This document shows positions 9,244-17,604 of a stretch of 64,000 bases of DNA, one piece after another. How positions within the stretch are numbered: the first letter of the stretch is position 1; every line of letters begins with the position of its first letter. Below the pieces are notes generated by a model, which saw nothing but the letters and a program-made list of their open reading frames with translations, did no database searches and was not told where the DNA came from. The stretch comes from an uncultured Opitutia bacterium. Lineage in GTDB: Bacteria; Verrucomicrobiota; Verrucomicrobiia; Opitutales; UBA953. The position numbers and the translations under genes are program-made. Location of the stretch: assembly GCA_903919185.1 (NCBI GenBank), contig CAIXHF010000087.1, positions 18,270-82,269 of the forward strand, written 5' to 3'.

Positions 9244-12207
9244 ATGCAGACAGAACGCCTCATCGCCCGTATCCGCGGACAGCTCGAAGTCGGCACGCCC
9301 GACCTCGAGGCGCGCTCGCTGGCCGGTGAATACGCGACGCTCTGCCAACGGACCCGCGAACGGCTGGAGCAATGTGCGGCCCTCATCCGTACCAGCAACG
9401 ACCACGCCGCTCTCCAAGTAGCCGAATCGGAACCCGACCTACTCGGCCTCTGTGCGCTTCTGAGTTTCGCCGATTCGGAACGCTGGCAAGCGCTCTGCCG
9501 TGAACGCGGCCTCCCGACCGGCTTTCCGCTCGACGATCAGCACATTCTCGCGGTCGAAAGCCTCTACGGTAAAGTGATTGGCGAAAACCATCCGCTCTAC
9601 CGCGACTACCGGGAGGCCATGCGCCAACGTGACGAAGATCGCGCCCTAACGGTTCTGCGCTCAATCGCCCGCATTAATCCCGATGATCCGACGGCACGCT
9701 CCGAACTGACGCGCCTCTCCAGTAAGTTCCTGCGGGAAGCGCTGGGAAAGGTCCTGCAACTCTTCGACCAAGGCTCACCCCGCGAGGCCGTGGAGTTGAT
9801 GAATCGGATGGAGCGCTTCGGGGCACTGGTACTGACCAACGAGCCACGCTGGGATGACGCCCTCGCGCGTCGCATCGCTCATCTTCGCGACAAAGCCCAC
9901 GAGCAGATTCGGCTCCTCCTTCCCGAAGCCCGCGCTGCCCGCAACGACGACCAATGGGAAGCCTGCGCCAATCACTTAGGACGAATCCGTACGCTGGAAC
10001 GAGACCATCTCGTCAACCTCGAGGCGGCGAACTTGTCGGAACTTACCACGCTCGAAACCTGGGCAGGCGAACTCGCCGCCACGGCTGAAGCCGAAGCCTC
10101 CCAACGGGCCGCCCTAGAAACGCTGACGAAAGAATGGGATATCCTCCGCCAAGAGGCTAGCCGCGGCTCCTCGCCCGCCCTACTGCTTTCACGGCTTAAC
10201 GTTTGGATCGAAAAGGCGACGCCCCTCGCCGACCGACTGCCCGAAGGAACCGTGCGCGAAGCCCGCGGCGTTCGCCAACTGACCCGGGCTCGCCTCAGCC
10301 GTCGGTACGCCATTTTGACGACTTCGTGGGTCACTGGCCTGCTCTGCTTGCTACTCGGCGCCTACTTGTGGCACGCCCAAGAGGGCAAGGCACAGGAAGC
10401 CAACGATCGCTTCACGGAAATCCAAGCCCTGGTTGAGCGCTGGGAAAACAACGGTGCCATGAATAAACTCGAGAAGCTTAAGAATGACTACCCCCTGTTC
10501 GTCGCGAGCGAAGAAATCAAGACGGGCACCGAAGCACTCCGGCGGCAAGCCCTCGCCCAAGCCGAAACGGAACTGCAACTTAAGACCGAGGCCATCTACC
10601 TGGAACAGCGCCGCAAGGAAGGCATCAATCTAACAAATTTCGCCCCCGTCACCCAACGAGCCAAGGCGTACGTCAGCGAACTCGCTAAGGTTGGCCCCGC
10701 CGCCACCGCACGGTTGCAAACCATCCTACCTGACCCAGCCGCCATCCTCGCTACCTGCACCAAGGTCAGCGAAGAAAGCCGCAACGACCTCTTGGCGTTG
10801 CGTCGTCAACTCAAAGTCGCCCTGGGTGAAGACGAGACCGTCGTCAACCTGACCCGGGCCAACGATGCCCTCGAAAAATTACGCGCCTTACTAACGACCT
10901 TGAGCGCCGCTGGCCTCAAGGATCTCGACGAGGCCTTCGCCGAAACTGACCGTGCGACCCTCCGCCTCGAGGCCGACCAGAAATCCGTCAACGCGGTTCG
11001 CGGGCTGGCAGATTCCGGCGACCTTAAGGCCTACCTCGACGCCTTGGCGGCCGTCGCCGCGACCGCGAAGGAAAATTCCGACCTCCGCAAGCGCGCCAGT
11101 TTCATCACCGAACGCGCTGAGGCCCTCCGCAACCTTCCCCGCTCCACCCTCGCCCCCCGGGTGGGAGCGATGTGGGATGGCTTGGCGAAGTCCGATGCCA
11201 CCGGCCTCTTCCAACCCGACGAACTCCTCGCTTCCGAAGATAAGGTCATCCGCGCGCTAGCCGACGACAAGACGACCACACGCTTGCGTAAATATAACGT
11301 CCGCCAGCATAGCCGCGGTGGCGATCCCCGCATCATGCGCCAGGTCTTCATCGCCAGCGAAATCTCCATACAGCGCAACCTCATCAGCGGTGGAATCGAG
11401 ACCGTCCGTACCGCCAAGGAACTCAGCCGAGACGGCACCCTGGTCGAGTCGTCCTGGAGCTGCCGCGAATTCAACTCCGCTAACGGCGAAACGACAAAAT
11501 CCGGGGAGGACCTTTTGGAAGGCCTCGTGATTCCCGAACTCGACTACCTGCGCCAGTTCAGCCGCTTCTACGACCTCAAGGCCGGCAAGATGTCGGAACC
11601 CCTCCTGCGCAAACTCGACCTCATCCGCCGAAGCCCTACCCCGCACCTCGAACTGCGGGCTTACCAGATGCAGGAGCTCTTCAAGGTGGCCAGCCAACGA
11701 CCCGAGGCTTGGGGCCTACTCTACTCGCCCTCCGCCCAACGCGACGCCGACCAACTTCGCCGCATCACGCAAAATGCGCTGAGTCCTTACGATTTCCTCT
11801 TCAAGGATAAGTGGGCCGACGTGCAACTGGAGCTACGTGCGTTCCTGACGCGCCAGACGGGGGCGACCTACGCCGAGGAAGCGCGCTTCTGGCGGCGCAC
11901 GCTGGGCGAACTGCAATCTAAGAAGTTAATTTTTGCTGGCACCATGGGCCGCGATGGGAAGCCCGTGCTGCGCGAGGTGCTCAAGAACGCCGCACTCTAC
12001 GGTCTTGATAGCGAAGGCAAGCCCGCCCAACTCTTCCGCGCCGATGCGACGGGCAACCTGACACGCGTCAACGAGCCCGCCCTCCTCACGCCGCTGCTCC
12101 GCCTGTCGGGCACGGTCAGCGAAGCCGCCCAAGCGGCCGGTATCCCGGCCGGCCTCACCCCGCCCGACGGCGGCTGGGAATCCATCCTCCAAGGACGCGA
12201 CCTCTAA
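9244..12207 (+). CDS. Very large single-pass membrane protein, helical/coiled-coil rich (operon gene 3)
   Basis: 987-aa ORF starting 6 nt after gene 2. It has an approx 350-aa helical, TPR-like N-terminal region, one TM helix (YAILTTSWVTGLLCLLLGAYLW, about 10306-10371), a long coiled-coil-like stretch and an alpha/beta C-terminus. No family was recognised. Confidence 0.7.
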   Translation: MQTERLIARIRGQLEVGTPDLEARSLAGEYATLCQRTRERLEQCAALIRTSNDHAALQVAESEPDLLGLCALLSFADSERWQALCRERGLPTGFPLDDQHILAVESLYGKVIGENHPLYRDYREAMRQRDEDRALTVLRSIARINPDDPTARSELTRLSSKFLREALGKVLQLFDQGSPREAVELMNRMERFGALVLTNEPRWDDALARRIAHLRDKAHEQIRLLLPEARAARNDDQWEACANHLGRIRTLERDHLVNLEAANLSELTTLETWAGELAATAEAEASQRAALETLTKEWDILRQEASRGSSPALLLSRLNVWIEKATPLADRLPEGTVREARGVRQLTRARLSRRYAILTTSWVTGLLCLLLGAYLWHAQEGKAQEANDRFTEIQALVERWENNGAMNKLEKLKNDYPLFVASEEIKTGTEALRRQALAQAETELQLKTEAIYLEQRRKEGINLTNFAPVTQRAKAYVSELAKVGPAATARLQTILPDPAAILATCTKVSEESRNDLLALRRQLKVALGEDETVVNLTRANDALEKLRALLTTLSAAGLKDLDEAFAETDRATLRLEADQKSVNAVRGLADSGDLKAYLDALAAVAATAKENSDLRKRASFITERAEALRNLPRSTLAPRVGAMWDGLAKSDATGLFQPDELLASEDKVIRALADDKTTTRLRKYNVRQHSRGGDPRIMRQVFIASEISIQRNLISGGIETVRTAKELSRDGTLVESSWSCREFNSANGETTKSGEDLLEGLVIPELDYLRQFSRFYDLKAGKMSEPLLRKLDLIRRSPTPHLELRAYQMQELFKVASQRPEAWGLLYSPSAQRDADQLRRITQNALSPYDFLFKDKWADVQLELRAFLTRQTGATYAEEARFWRRTLGELQSKKLIFAGTMGRDGKPVLREVLKNAALYGLDSEGKPAQLFRADATGNLTRVNEPALLTPLLRLSGTVSEAAQAAGIPAGLTPPDGGWESILQGRDL

Positions 12208-12210
12208 GCC

Positions 12211-12846
12211 ATGGCCAAGCCCGACCAATTCCGCCTACGCTGGAAAGGTGCCGTCACCGGCCCCTTCGCCTTGGCACGTATCAGTGAAATGCTCCGGGCA
12301 GGCGAAATCAGCTTGGTGCACAATATCGAAGTCAACGACGCTTGGCTCACCATTCGTGATTACTTCCGGACAATCGGCCTCAACCGCGGCTCGCTACTCC
12401 CACCGATTGACCCGTTCACTGGGCGTGACGGCCCGGACCTCCCGCCCCCGCCACCAGGCGCAGCTGGCACCATCCACGCACCCGCGATACCCGCGTCATC
12501 GCCCGCGTCCGCCGCCGGCGAAGCACTGGAGCGCAACGTCCGCGAAGGGTATCTCTGGTGCGGCTCGACGTTCCTCTTCCCGCCACTCTTCGCGGTCGTC
12601 GTGCCGCTCTGGGAAAAGACGGTCGGGGCGCTCCCATCGTCCTCAAAATATACGCTGTTCATCTTCGCGACGCTGCTCGGCTGTAGCCTCCCGCTGTGGT
12701 TAGTCCAACGGGTGGGCCGCCAAATCAGCCAAGAAGGCTTGGACGAAATCTCCCAGGCCCAAAGCCGCCTCTGCCTCGTTTTAGCAGGCCTAGGTACGGT
12801 TTTCTGGCTTTTTATGTTCGGGTTCCTCGCCAAGCCCAGCCTCTAA
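12211..12846 (+). CDS. GYF_2 (DUF4339)-like domain membrane protein (operon gene 4)
   Basis: 211-aa ORF starting 3 nt after gene 3. The N-terminal GYF-like segment reads FRLRWKGAVTGPFALARISEMLRAGEISLVHNIEVNDAWLTIRDYF. A Pro-rich linker (PDLPPPPPGAAG, 12442-12459) follows, then three hydrophobic helices. Confidence 0.7.
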   Translation: MAKPDQFRLRWKGAVTGPFALARISEMLRAGEISLVHNIEVNDAWLTIRDYFRTIGLNRGSLLPPIDPFTGRDGPDLPPPPPGAAGTIHAPAIPASSPASAAGEALERNVREGYLWCGSTFLFPPLFAVVVPLWEKTVGALPSSSKYTLFIFATLLGCSLPLWLVQRVGRQISQEGLDEISQAQSRLCLVLAGLGTVFWLFMFGFLAKPSL

Positions 12847-12904
12847 CGGACGCAATCGGCTTGACGCACCGCCCCTCTCCGCCTGACATCACGACCCGGT
12901 TTAC

Positions 12905-12981
12905 GGTAGCGTAGCTCAGTTGGTTAGAGCGAGGGACTCATAAGCCCTAGGTCGGCAGTTCAATTCTGCCCGTTACCACCA
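12905..12981 (+). tRNA. tRNA with CAT anticodon (elongator Met or lysidine-type Ile2, not initiator), CCA encoded
   Basis: Hand-folded cloverleaf. Acceptor GGTAGCG/CGTTACC (one G-U pair). D arm GCTC-AGTTGGTTA-GAGC. Anticodon arm AGGGA-CTCATAA-GCCCT, with CAT at 12939-12941 and a 31-39 A/G mismatch. T arm GGCAG-TTCAATT-CTGCC. Discriminator A, then CCA. The G1-C72 pair argues against an initiator. Confidence 0.85.
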
Positions 12982-13040
12982 AACCGGGGATTTTAAACCC
13001 AAGAAGTGCCGCTTCCCTGAACTCGGACTTCACTGGGCAT

Positions 13041-13078
13041 AAAGAAAAGAACCCTAGCCAAAGACTAGGGTCCTTTCA
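13041..13078. terminator. Bidirectional intrinsic-terminator-like hairpin between tRNA (+) and rsfS (-)
   Basis: Stem ACCCTAG (13051-13057) / CTAGGGT (13065-13071) with loop CCAAAGA. An A-rich run (AAAGAAAAGA) lies on the left and CCTTTC on the right. Confidence 0.5.
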
Positions 13079-13096
13079 CCGCCCAAGACGCTCGTC

Positions 13097-13654
13097 TTAA
13101 GCCTTCAGGATCGCCGCAACTGGCACGTCGAGACCATCCTTCCACAAGGACTCCATACTGTAGCTTTCACGAACGTCCGGACGGAAGATATGCACCAAGA
13201 CGTTGAAACCATCAACGACGGTCCAACCGCTTTCCGACTGAGACTCGCTAGCGCGGGCTGGTGAACCGACCTCGTCCAAGGCCTTCTCGACCTCGATGCG
13301 CAAGGCCCGGAGATGCGGGTCGGAGTTACCGGTGGCGATGACCATGTAGTCAGCGACCGAGGAGAGTTGACCGAGCTCAAGGACGCGGATACCGAGGGCC
13401 TTCTTGTCATCAAGGGCCTTCACGACAGCGACGACGAACGGTGGGACTTTGGTCGGCACAGCCTTCACGACGGCGACCTTGGGAGTTTCCGAGCGAGTCT
13501 TGGCCTTGCTGCCCTTGACCTTCGCCACTGGGCGACGGACCGGCTTTACAGGACCACGCGCCTTCACTGGGCCACGCGACTTGGGCGCGGGCTTGGCTGC
13601 TGACTTGCGGGCAGGCTTCTTGAAAGGCGTTTTCTTTTTCTTAGGGGCAGGCAT
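13097..13654 (-). CDS. rsfS: Ribosome silencing factor RsfS with Lys/Pro/Ala-rich N-terminal extension
   Basis: 185-aa ORF. The C-terminal approx 110 aa match the RsfS/iojap pattern (VADYMVIATGNSDPHLRAL...GWTVVDGFNVLVHIFRPDVRESY). The first approx 75 aa are a basic low-complexity tail (PAPKKKKTPFKKPARKSAAKPAPKSRGPVKARGPVKPV...). Confidence 0.85.
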   Translation of the reverse strand: MPAPKKKKTPFKKPARKSAAKPAPKSRGPVKARGPVKPVRRPVAKVKGSKAKTRSETPKVAVVKAVPTKVPPFVVAVVKALDDKKALGIRVLELGQLSSVADYMVIATGNSDPHLRALRIEVEKALDEVGSPARASESQSESGWTVVDGFNVLVHIFRPDVRESYSMESLWKDGLDVPVAAILKA

Positions 13655-13656
13655 GG

Positions 13657-14247
13657 TCAGGATTTGTAGAGTGAGTGTTCTTCGATGTAGGCGCGGACCG
13701 CATTGGGCAAGCCGTTTCCGGCTGGCTCGCTCGCCGCCAACGCCGCCCGGAGCGCGGTCGAGGAGACGCGCACGGGGGATTCCTTGAGCACGGTTAGGCG
13801 GATAAAGCCCGCAATGGTGGCCGGTGCGGCCACCGGTAACCCGTCGCGAGAAAGGACGGCAAACTCAACGAGACGCCCCAAGGTATCGATCTCCTTCCAG
13901 CGATCGAGGCGAGCCAACTGGTCTGCGCCGATAATCCACACCCGGCGGGACTCCGGAAACTCAGCCGCCAGGTCACGGGCGGTATCTACCGACCAGCAGA
14001 TGCCAGTTCGGCGGACTTCCCGGTCGTCGACGCGAGCCCACGCACAGGGGGCGAAGGCGAGTCTAGCCATGGCGAGGCGATGTTCGGAGGAGGCTAACGG
14101 CGGCACAGCGCGCAAAGGGGCTAAGCCTGCAGGAATGACCTTCACTTCATCCAAGCCGAGCTGACGCCAAGCCGCCACCGCCGCGGCGACATGGCCGGCG
14201 TGGGGCGGGTCGAAGGTACCGCCAAGAATGCCAAAGGAGGCGGGCAT
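13657..14247 (-). CDS. nadD: Nicotinate-nucleotide adenylyltransferase NadD
   Basis: 196-aa ORF with the GILGGTFDPPHAGH nucleotidyltransferase motif. It lies 2 nt upstream of rsfS, the conserved nadD-rsfS pairing. Confidence 0.88.
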   Translation of the reverse strand: MPASFGILGGTFDPPHAGHVAAAVAAWRQLGLDEVKVIPAGLAPLRAVPPLASSEHRLAMARLAFAPCAWARVDDREVRRTGICWSVDTARDLAAEFPESRRVWIIGADQLARLDRWKEIDTLGRLVEFAVLSRDGLPVAAPATIAGFIRLTVLKESPVRVSSTALRAALAASEPAGNGLPNAVRAYIEEHSLYKS

Positions 14248-14329
14248 GGCGACATACGGAGGTGAAGGGACGATGGTGGCAACCTAAAGCAGGCTTGAGC
14301 CCGGACGATTACCCGGGAACGATGCAGCC

Positions 14330-15187
14330 ATGGCGTCAGCCTCGCGCTTCCTCCCACTAGACCTTGCTCCGGGTCAACCCTTCGCAGTCATCGCCGGCAA
14401 GGGCCGTTACCCCGCCCTACTCGTCGAGTCCGCCCGAGCCCGCGGCGCTCAAGTCCGCCTCATCTCCTTCGAAGAGGAAACTGATCCTGCCCTTATCGCG
14501 ACCTTCACCCCCAGCGAACACCGGGCGGTGCCCGTCGGCAAACTCGGCCAACTACTCGATTCACTCCAAGCCCTTGGCGTCGCGGGCGCAGTCATGGCCG
14601 GCCAGGTGACACCACGGAAACTGTTCACCGGCATGGTGCCCGACCTGAAGTTAATCGCCCTCATGGCCTCGCTGCGTGAACGTAATGCCGAGTCCATCTT
14701 CGGTGCGATCTCGACGGAGATCGAAAAGACCGGCGTTCGCATGCTCGATGCCCGCGTCTACCTGGATGACCATCTCGCTAGCGATGGCCCGATGACGGGC
14801 TTCTTCTCTTCCGTCTCCGCCGAAGAACGCACCTTCGGGGTGCACATGGCCCAGGAAATGGCCCGCCTCGACGTCGGGCAATCCGTGGTCACGGCCAAGG
14901 GCACGGTCATCGCCGTTGAAGCCTTTGAGGGGACCGATAATATGTTAAAGCGCTGTGCGGCCACGGGGGGCAAGGAGATGCTCCTAACCAAGACCACCAA
15001 GCACACCCAAGATTTTCGCTTCGACGTCCCTTGCCTCGGCCTGCGTACGCTCGAAAGCATGGCCGAAGGCGGCGTGCGCCGCGCGACCCTGCAGGTCGAC
15101 GGCGTCATCATGATCGACAAGCCCGCGGTGATCGCCCGCGCCCAGGAACTCGGCCTGTACCTCGAAGGCGTCGACCTTTCCGCGTGA
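14330..15187 (+). CDS. lpxI: UDP-2,3-diacylglucosamine diphosphatase LpxI (DUF1009 family)
   Basis: 285-aa ORF. It starts with the LpxI-like segment AVIAGKGRYPALLVESARARG and carries C-terminal AVEAFEGTDNMLKR and FRFDVPCLGLRTLESMAEGG. Confidence 0.7.
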   Translation: MASASRFLPLDLAPGQPFAVIAGKGRYPALLVESARARGAQVRLISFEEETDPALIATFTPSEHRAVPVGKLGQLLDSLQALGVAGAVMAGQVTPRKLFTGMVPDLKLIALMASLRERNAESIFGAISTEIEKTGVRMLDARVYLDDHLASDGPMTGFFSSVSAEERTFGVHMAQEMARLDVGQSVVTAKGTVIAVEAFEGTDNMLKRCAATGGKEMLLTKTTKHTQDFRFDVPCLGLRTLESMAEGGVRRATLQVDGVIMIDKPAVIARAQELGLYLEGVDLSA

Positions 15188-15513
15188 ACGCGCTCGAAGC
15201 TGAAATCGCCAAGTTCGTGTCGCAGCGCTTCGCCGACGTCGGCGAAATCACCCTACTCGAACTCGCCGGAGCGGATATCTCGGCGACACTGACGCTTCAA
15301 GGCCAAGCGGAACCAGTCTCCTTTCGCGTGACCGGTTTGAATTGGTCCAGTGACGGGACGACTTTCACACTACGCTTCCGCGAAACGAGTTGCTCACTGC
15401 CTTGGTTGCACGCCGTGCTGCTGCACTGGTGCCAACGCACGCAGTCGACGGTCACGCTCAAGGAAGACCTTCGGCTGCTGCCACTGAAGTTCAAGCTACC
15501 GCGGTCGGCTTAG
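15184..15513 (+). CDS. Hypothetical protein (GTG start overlapping lpxI stop)
   Basis: The in-frame GTG at 15184 overlaps the lpxI TGA (GTGA). The 109-aa product has non-shadow-like composition. The upstream Arg-rich part of ORF 15031..15513 overlaps lpxI and was discarded. Confidence 0.4.
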   Translation: MNALEAEIAKFVSQRFADVGEITLLELAGADISATLTLQGQAEPVSFRVTGLNWSSDGTTFTLRFRETSCSLPWLHAVLLHWCQRTQSTVTLKEDLRLLPLKFKLPRSA

Positions 15514-15800
15514 CCTTCGAAGAAATTCCAGGCGAGCGCACTCTCGACGACGAGCCAGGCAAGGAGTAGCGCCCAGAGCACGGTCAACCACCGCCGATGG
15601 CGCACCCATAAGTCCGGAGCATGCCGGTGCACGTCCGGACCGACCCGCTGTGTGAGCATGAGCCGCAAGCGGAGATACCACGGCGCTCCGACCGCTCCCG
15701 GCAAATCGGGATGCTGATAACCGCCTTCACGGTAATCCACGCGTTTAAAGAATCTGGCGATACGCCCAAACATCTTTCGCACCCTACACCCTTCGCCCAC
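15510..15800 (-). CDS. Hypothetical small membrane protein
   Basis: 96-aa ORF with a C-terminal hydrophobic helix (WLTVLWALLLAWLVVESALAW). Its stop codon overlaps the stop of the convergent ORF. Confidence 0.35.
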   Translation of the reverse strand: MGEGCRVRKMFGRIARFFKRVDYREGGYQHPDLPGAVGAPWYLRLRLMLTQRVGPDVHRHAPDLWVRHRRWLTVLWALLLAWLVVESALAWNFFEG

Positions 15801-15832
15801 GCTTTACAAGCGAGCGGTCAGGGGGTAGTCCC

Positions 15833-16606
15833 TTGGGCGTGAAGGCCACTACCCGGTCCATTCGTGCCCTGAAAGGCACCCGCCCCATCGTCTGCCTCAC
15901 GGCCTATGATGCCGTGACCGCCCGTATCGCTGACCAAGGCGGCGCCGACCTCATCTTGGTCGGTGACTCCGTCGGCAATACGGTCCTCGGCATGGCCGAC
16001 ACCGTAGGCGTGACGCTCGAGATGATGGTGCACCACACCGCCGCGGTCGTCCGAGCCAAACCTAACGCCCTCGTCATCGCCGACCTGCCCTTTGGACTAG
16101 CCCACGACAGTTTCCCCAACCTACTCAAGGCTTGCCGTTCGCTCCTGCAGCAAGGGGGCGCCCAAGGCGTCAAGATTGAAGGCGGGGCTTCGCTCGCCAA
16201 GCACATCGAAAAACTCGTTGACGCCGGTATCCCCGTCATGGGCCATGTCGGGCTCATGCCCCAGCGGGTCCATGCCACCGGCTATCGTCGCCGCGGCCTA
16301 ACGCCAGCCGACCAGGTCCGCCTCTTCGCCGACGCCCAAGCCGTCGCCGATGCGGGTGCTTTCTCCATCGTCGTAGAATGCGTAGATGCTTCCTTCATGC
16401 CTAAAATCACCGCCGCGGTCGACGTACCGACCATCGGCATCGGCTCCGGCGACGGTTGCGACGGCCAGATTCTCGTCATCCATGACCTGCTCGGGCTCAC
16501 CCCCGAGCCACCGCCTTTCGTAAAGCCCCAAGCCCATCTCCATAAGGACGCCGTTGCCGCAGTCCAACGCTGGGCCCGGCAGGTCCGTAAAGGAGGCCGC
16601 CGATGA
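15833..16606 (+). CDS. panB: 3-methyl-2-oxobutanoate hydroxymethyltransferase PanB
   Basis: 257-aa ORF with a TTG start at 15833. Motifs: LTAYDAVTARIADQGGADLILVGDSVGN, DLPFG, GVKIEGG, GHVGLMPQ. Confidence 0.9.
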   Translation: MGVKATTRSIRALKGTRPIVCLTAYDAVTARIADQGGADLILVGDSVGNTVLGMADTVGVTLEMMVHHTAAVVRAKPNALVIADLPFGLAHDSFPNLLKACRSLLQQGGAQGVKIEGGASLAKHIEKLVDAGIPVMGHVGLMPQRVHATGYRRRGLTPADQVRLFADAQAVADAGAFSIVVECVDASFMPKITAAVDVPTIGIGSGDGCDGQILVIHDLLGLTPEPPPFVKPQAHLHKDAVAAVQRWARQVRKGGRR

Positions 16607-17604
16607 ACTGCGTCGTCTTCGGCGCCGGTGCTTGGGGAACGGCCATGGCCATTCACCTCGACCGCCAAGGCCACACAGTGACCCTCGTGCCACGTCGCTT
16701 AGAGCAAGCGCTCAAGCTGACCGCGGAACGCGAAAATACCGACTACCTTAAAGGGCATAAACTCTCGGCATCCCTCCAAATTGGCCTCGAGGCGATTCCT
16801 GCGCTCATGGATGCAGACGTAGTTTTCTTAGCGTGCCCGTCCAAAGGTCTCTCCGAACTCGTCGCCCAAATCGGTCCGGCCCTATGTGCGTCCTCGGCCC
16901 GCATGGTCGTCTCGCTCTGCAAGGGTCTCGACCAAAACACCCTGCGCCGCCCCACCGAGGTGATGGCACTCAGAGTCGGTACCATTCCAGTTGCGACCTT
17001 AAGCGGACCCAGCAACGCCGACGAGGTCGCCCGTGGCATGCCCACCGCGATGGTCCTCGCCGCCCATCAGGACGACGAGACGCTGCGCGAAGTCCAAGCC
17101 GCCCTCAGTGGCCCGACGCTCCGGGCCTACACTTCCTCCGACCTCCCTGGCGTCGAGATCGGCGGCACCTTGAAGAACGTCTATGCGGTGGGCGCTGGCC
17201 TCTGCGATGGGCTAGGGCTCGGCTCTAATGCCAAGGCCGCCTTCCTCACCCGTGCCTTGCAAGAAATGATGCGCGTCGGCGTCGCCGTCGGCGGACGCCC
17301 TGAAACCTTCCTCGGCCTCGGTGGAGTCGGCGACCTCATGGCCACCGCGCACGGGGGCTGGAGCCGCAACCGGTCCTTTGGCGAACAGGTAGCCAAAGAC
17401 GCGGCAGGTGCCATCGCCGCCCTCGCCACTCGGCGCGACTCCGTTGAAGGCTACCGCGCGACTGACACCTTGACCCGTATGGCCAAAGCAAGCCAGCTCA
17501 ACGCCCCCATCCTCTTCTGCCTGCACCGTATCCTATTCGAAGGGCTCGACGCCCGGGCCGGCGTGACGGCCCTGATGACCCGCGACCTTAAGCCAGAGGC
17601 ATGA
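16603..17604 (+). CDS. gpsA: NAD(P)H-dependent glycerol-3-phosphate dehydrogenase GpsA
   Basis: 333-aa ORF. Rossmann motif VVFGAGAWGTAMA and GTLKNVYAVGAGLCDG. ATGA overlap with panB, and AAAGGAGG lies just upstream. Confidence 0.9.
   Translation: MNCVVFGAGAWGTAMAIHLDRQGHTVTLVPRRLEQALKLTAERENTDYLKGHKLSASLQIGLEAIPALMDADVVFLACPSKGLSELVAQIGPALCASSARMVVSLCKGLDQNTLRRPTEVMALRVGTIPVATLSGPSNADEVARGMPTAMVLAAHQDDETLREVQAALSGPTLRAYTSSDLPGVEIGGTLKNVYAVGAGLCDGLGLGSNAKAAFLTRALQEMMRVGVAVGGRPETFLGLGGVGDLMATAHGGWSRNRSFGEQVAKDAAGAIAALATRRDSVEGYRATDTLTRMAKASQLNAPILFCLHRILFEGLDARAGVTALMTRDLKPEA

Noticed and set aside
12847-13096. tRNA-adjacent genomic island or integrase
   Set aside because: No integrase, transposase or direct repeat of the tRNA 3' end is visible on either side. 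The flanking genes are housekeeping, and the GTPase operon shows no obvious mobile-element boundary.
15031-15183. N-terminal 51 codons of ORF 15031..15513
   Set aside because: This Arg/Pro-rich segment lies wholly inside lpxI in another frame. The GTG at 15184, which overlaps the lpxI stop, is the more parsimonious start if the ORF is real.
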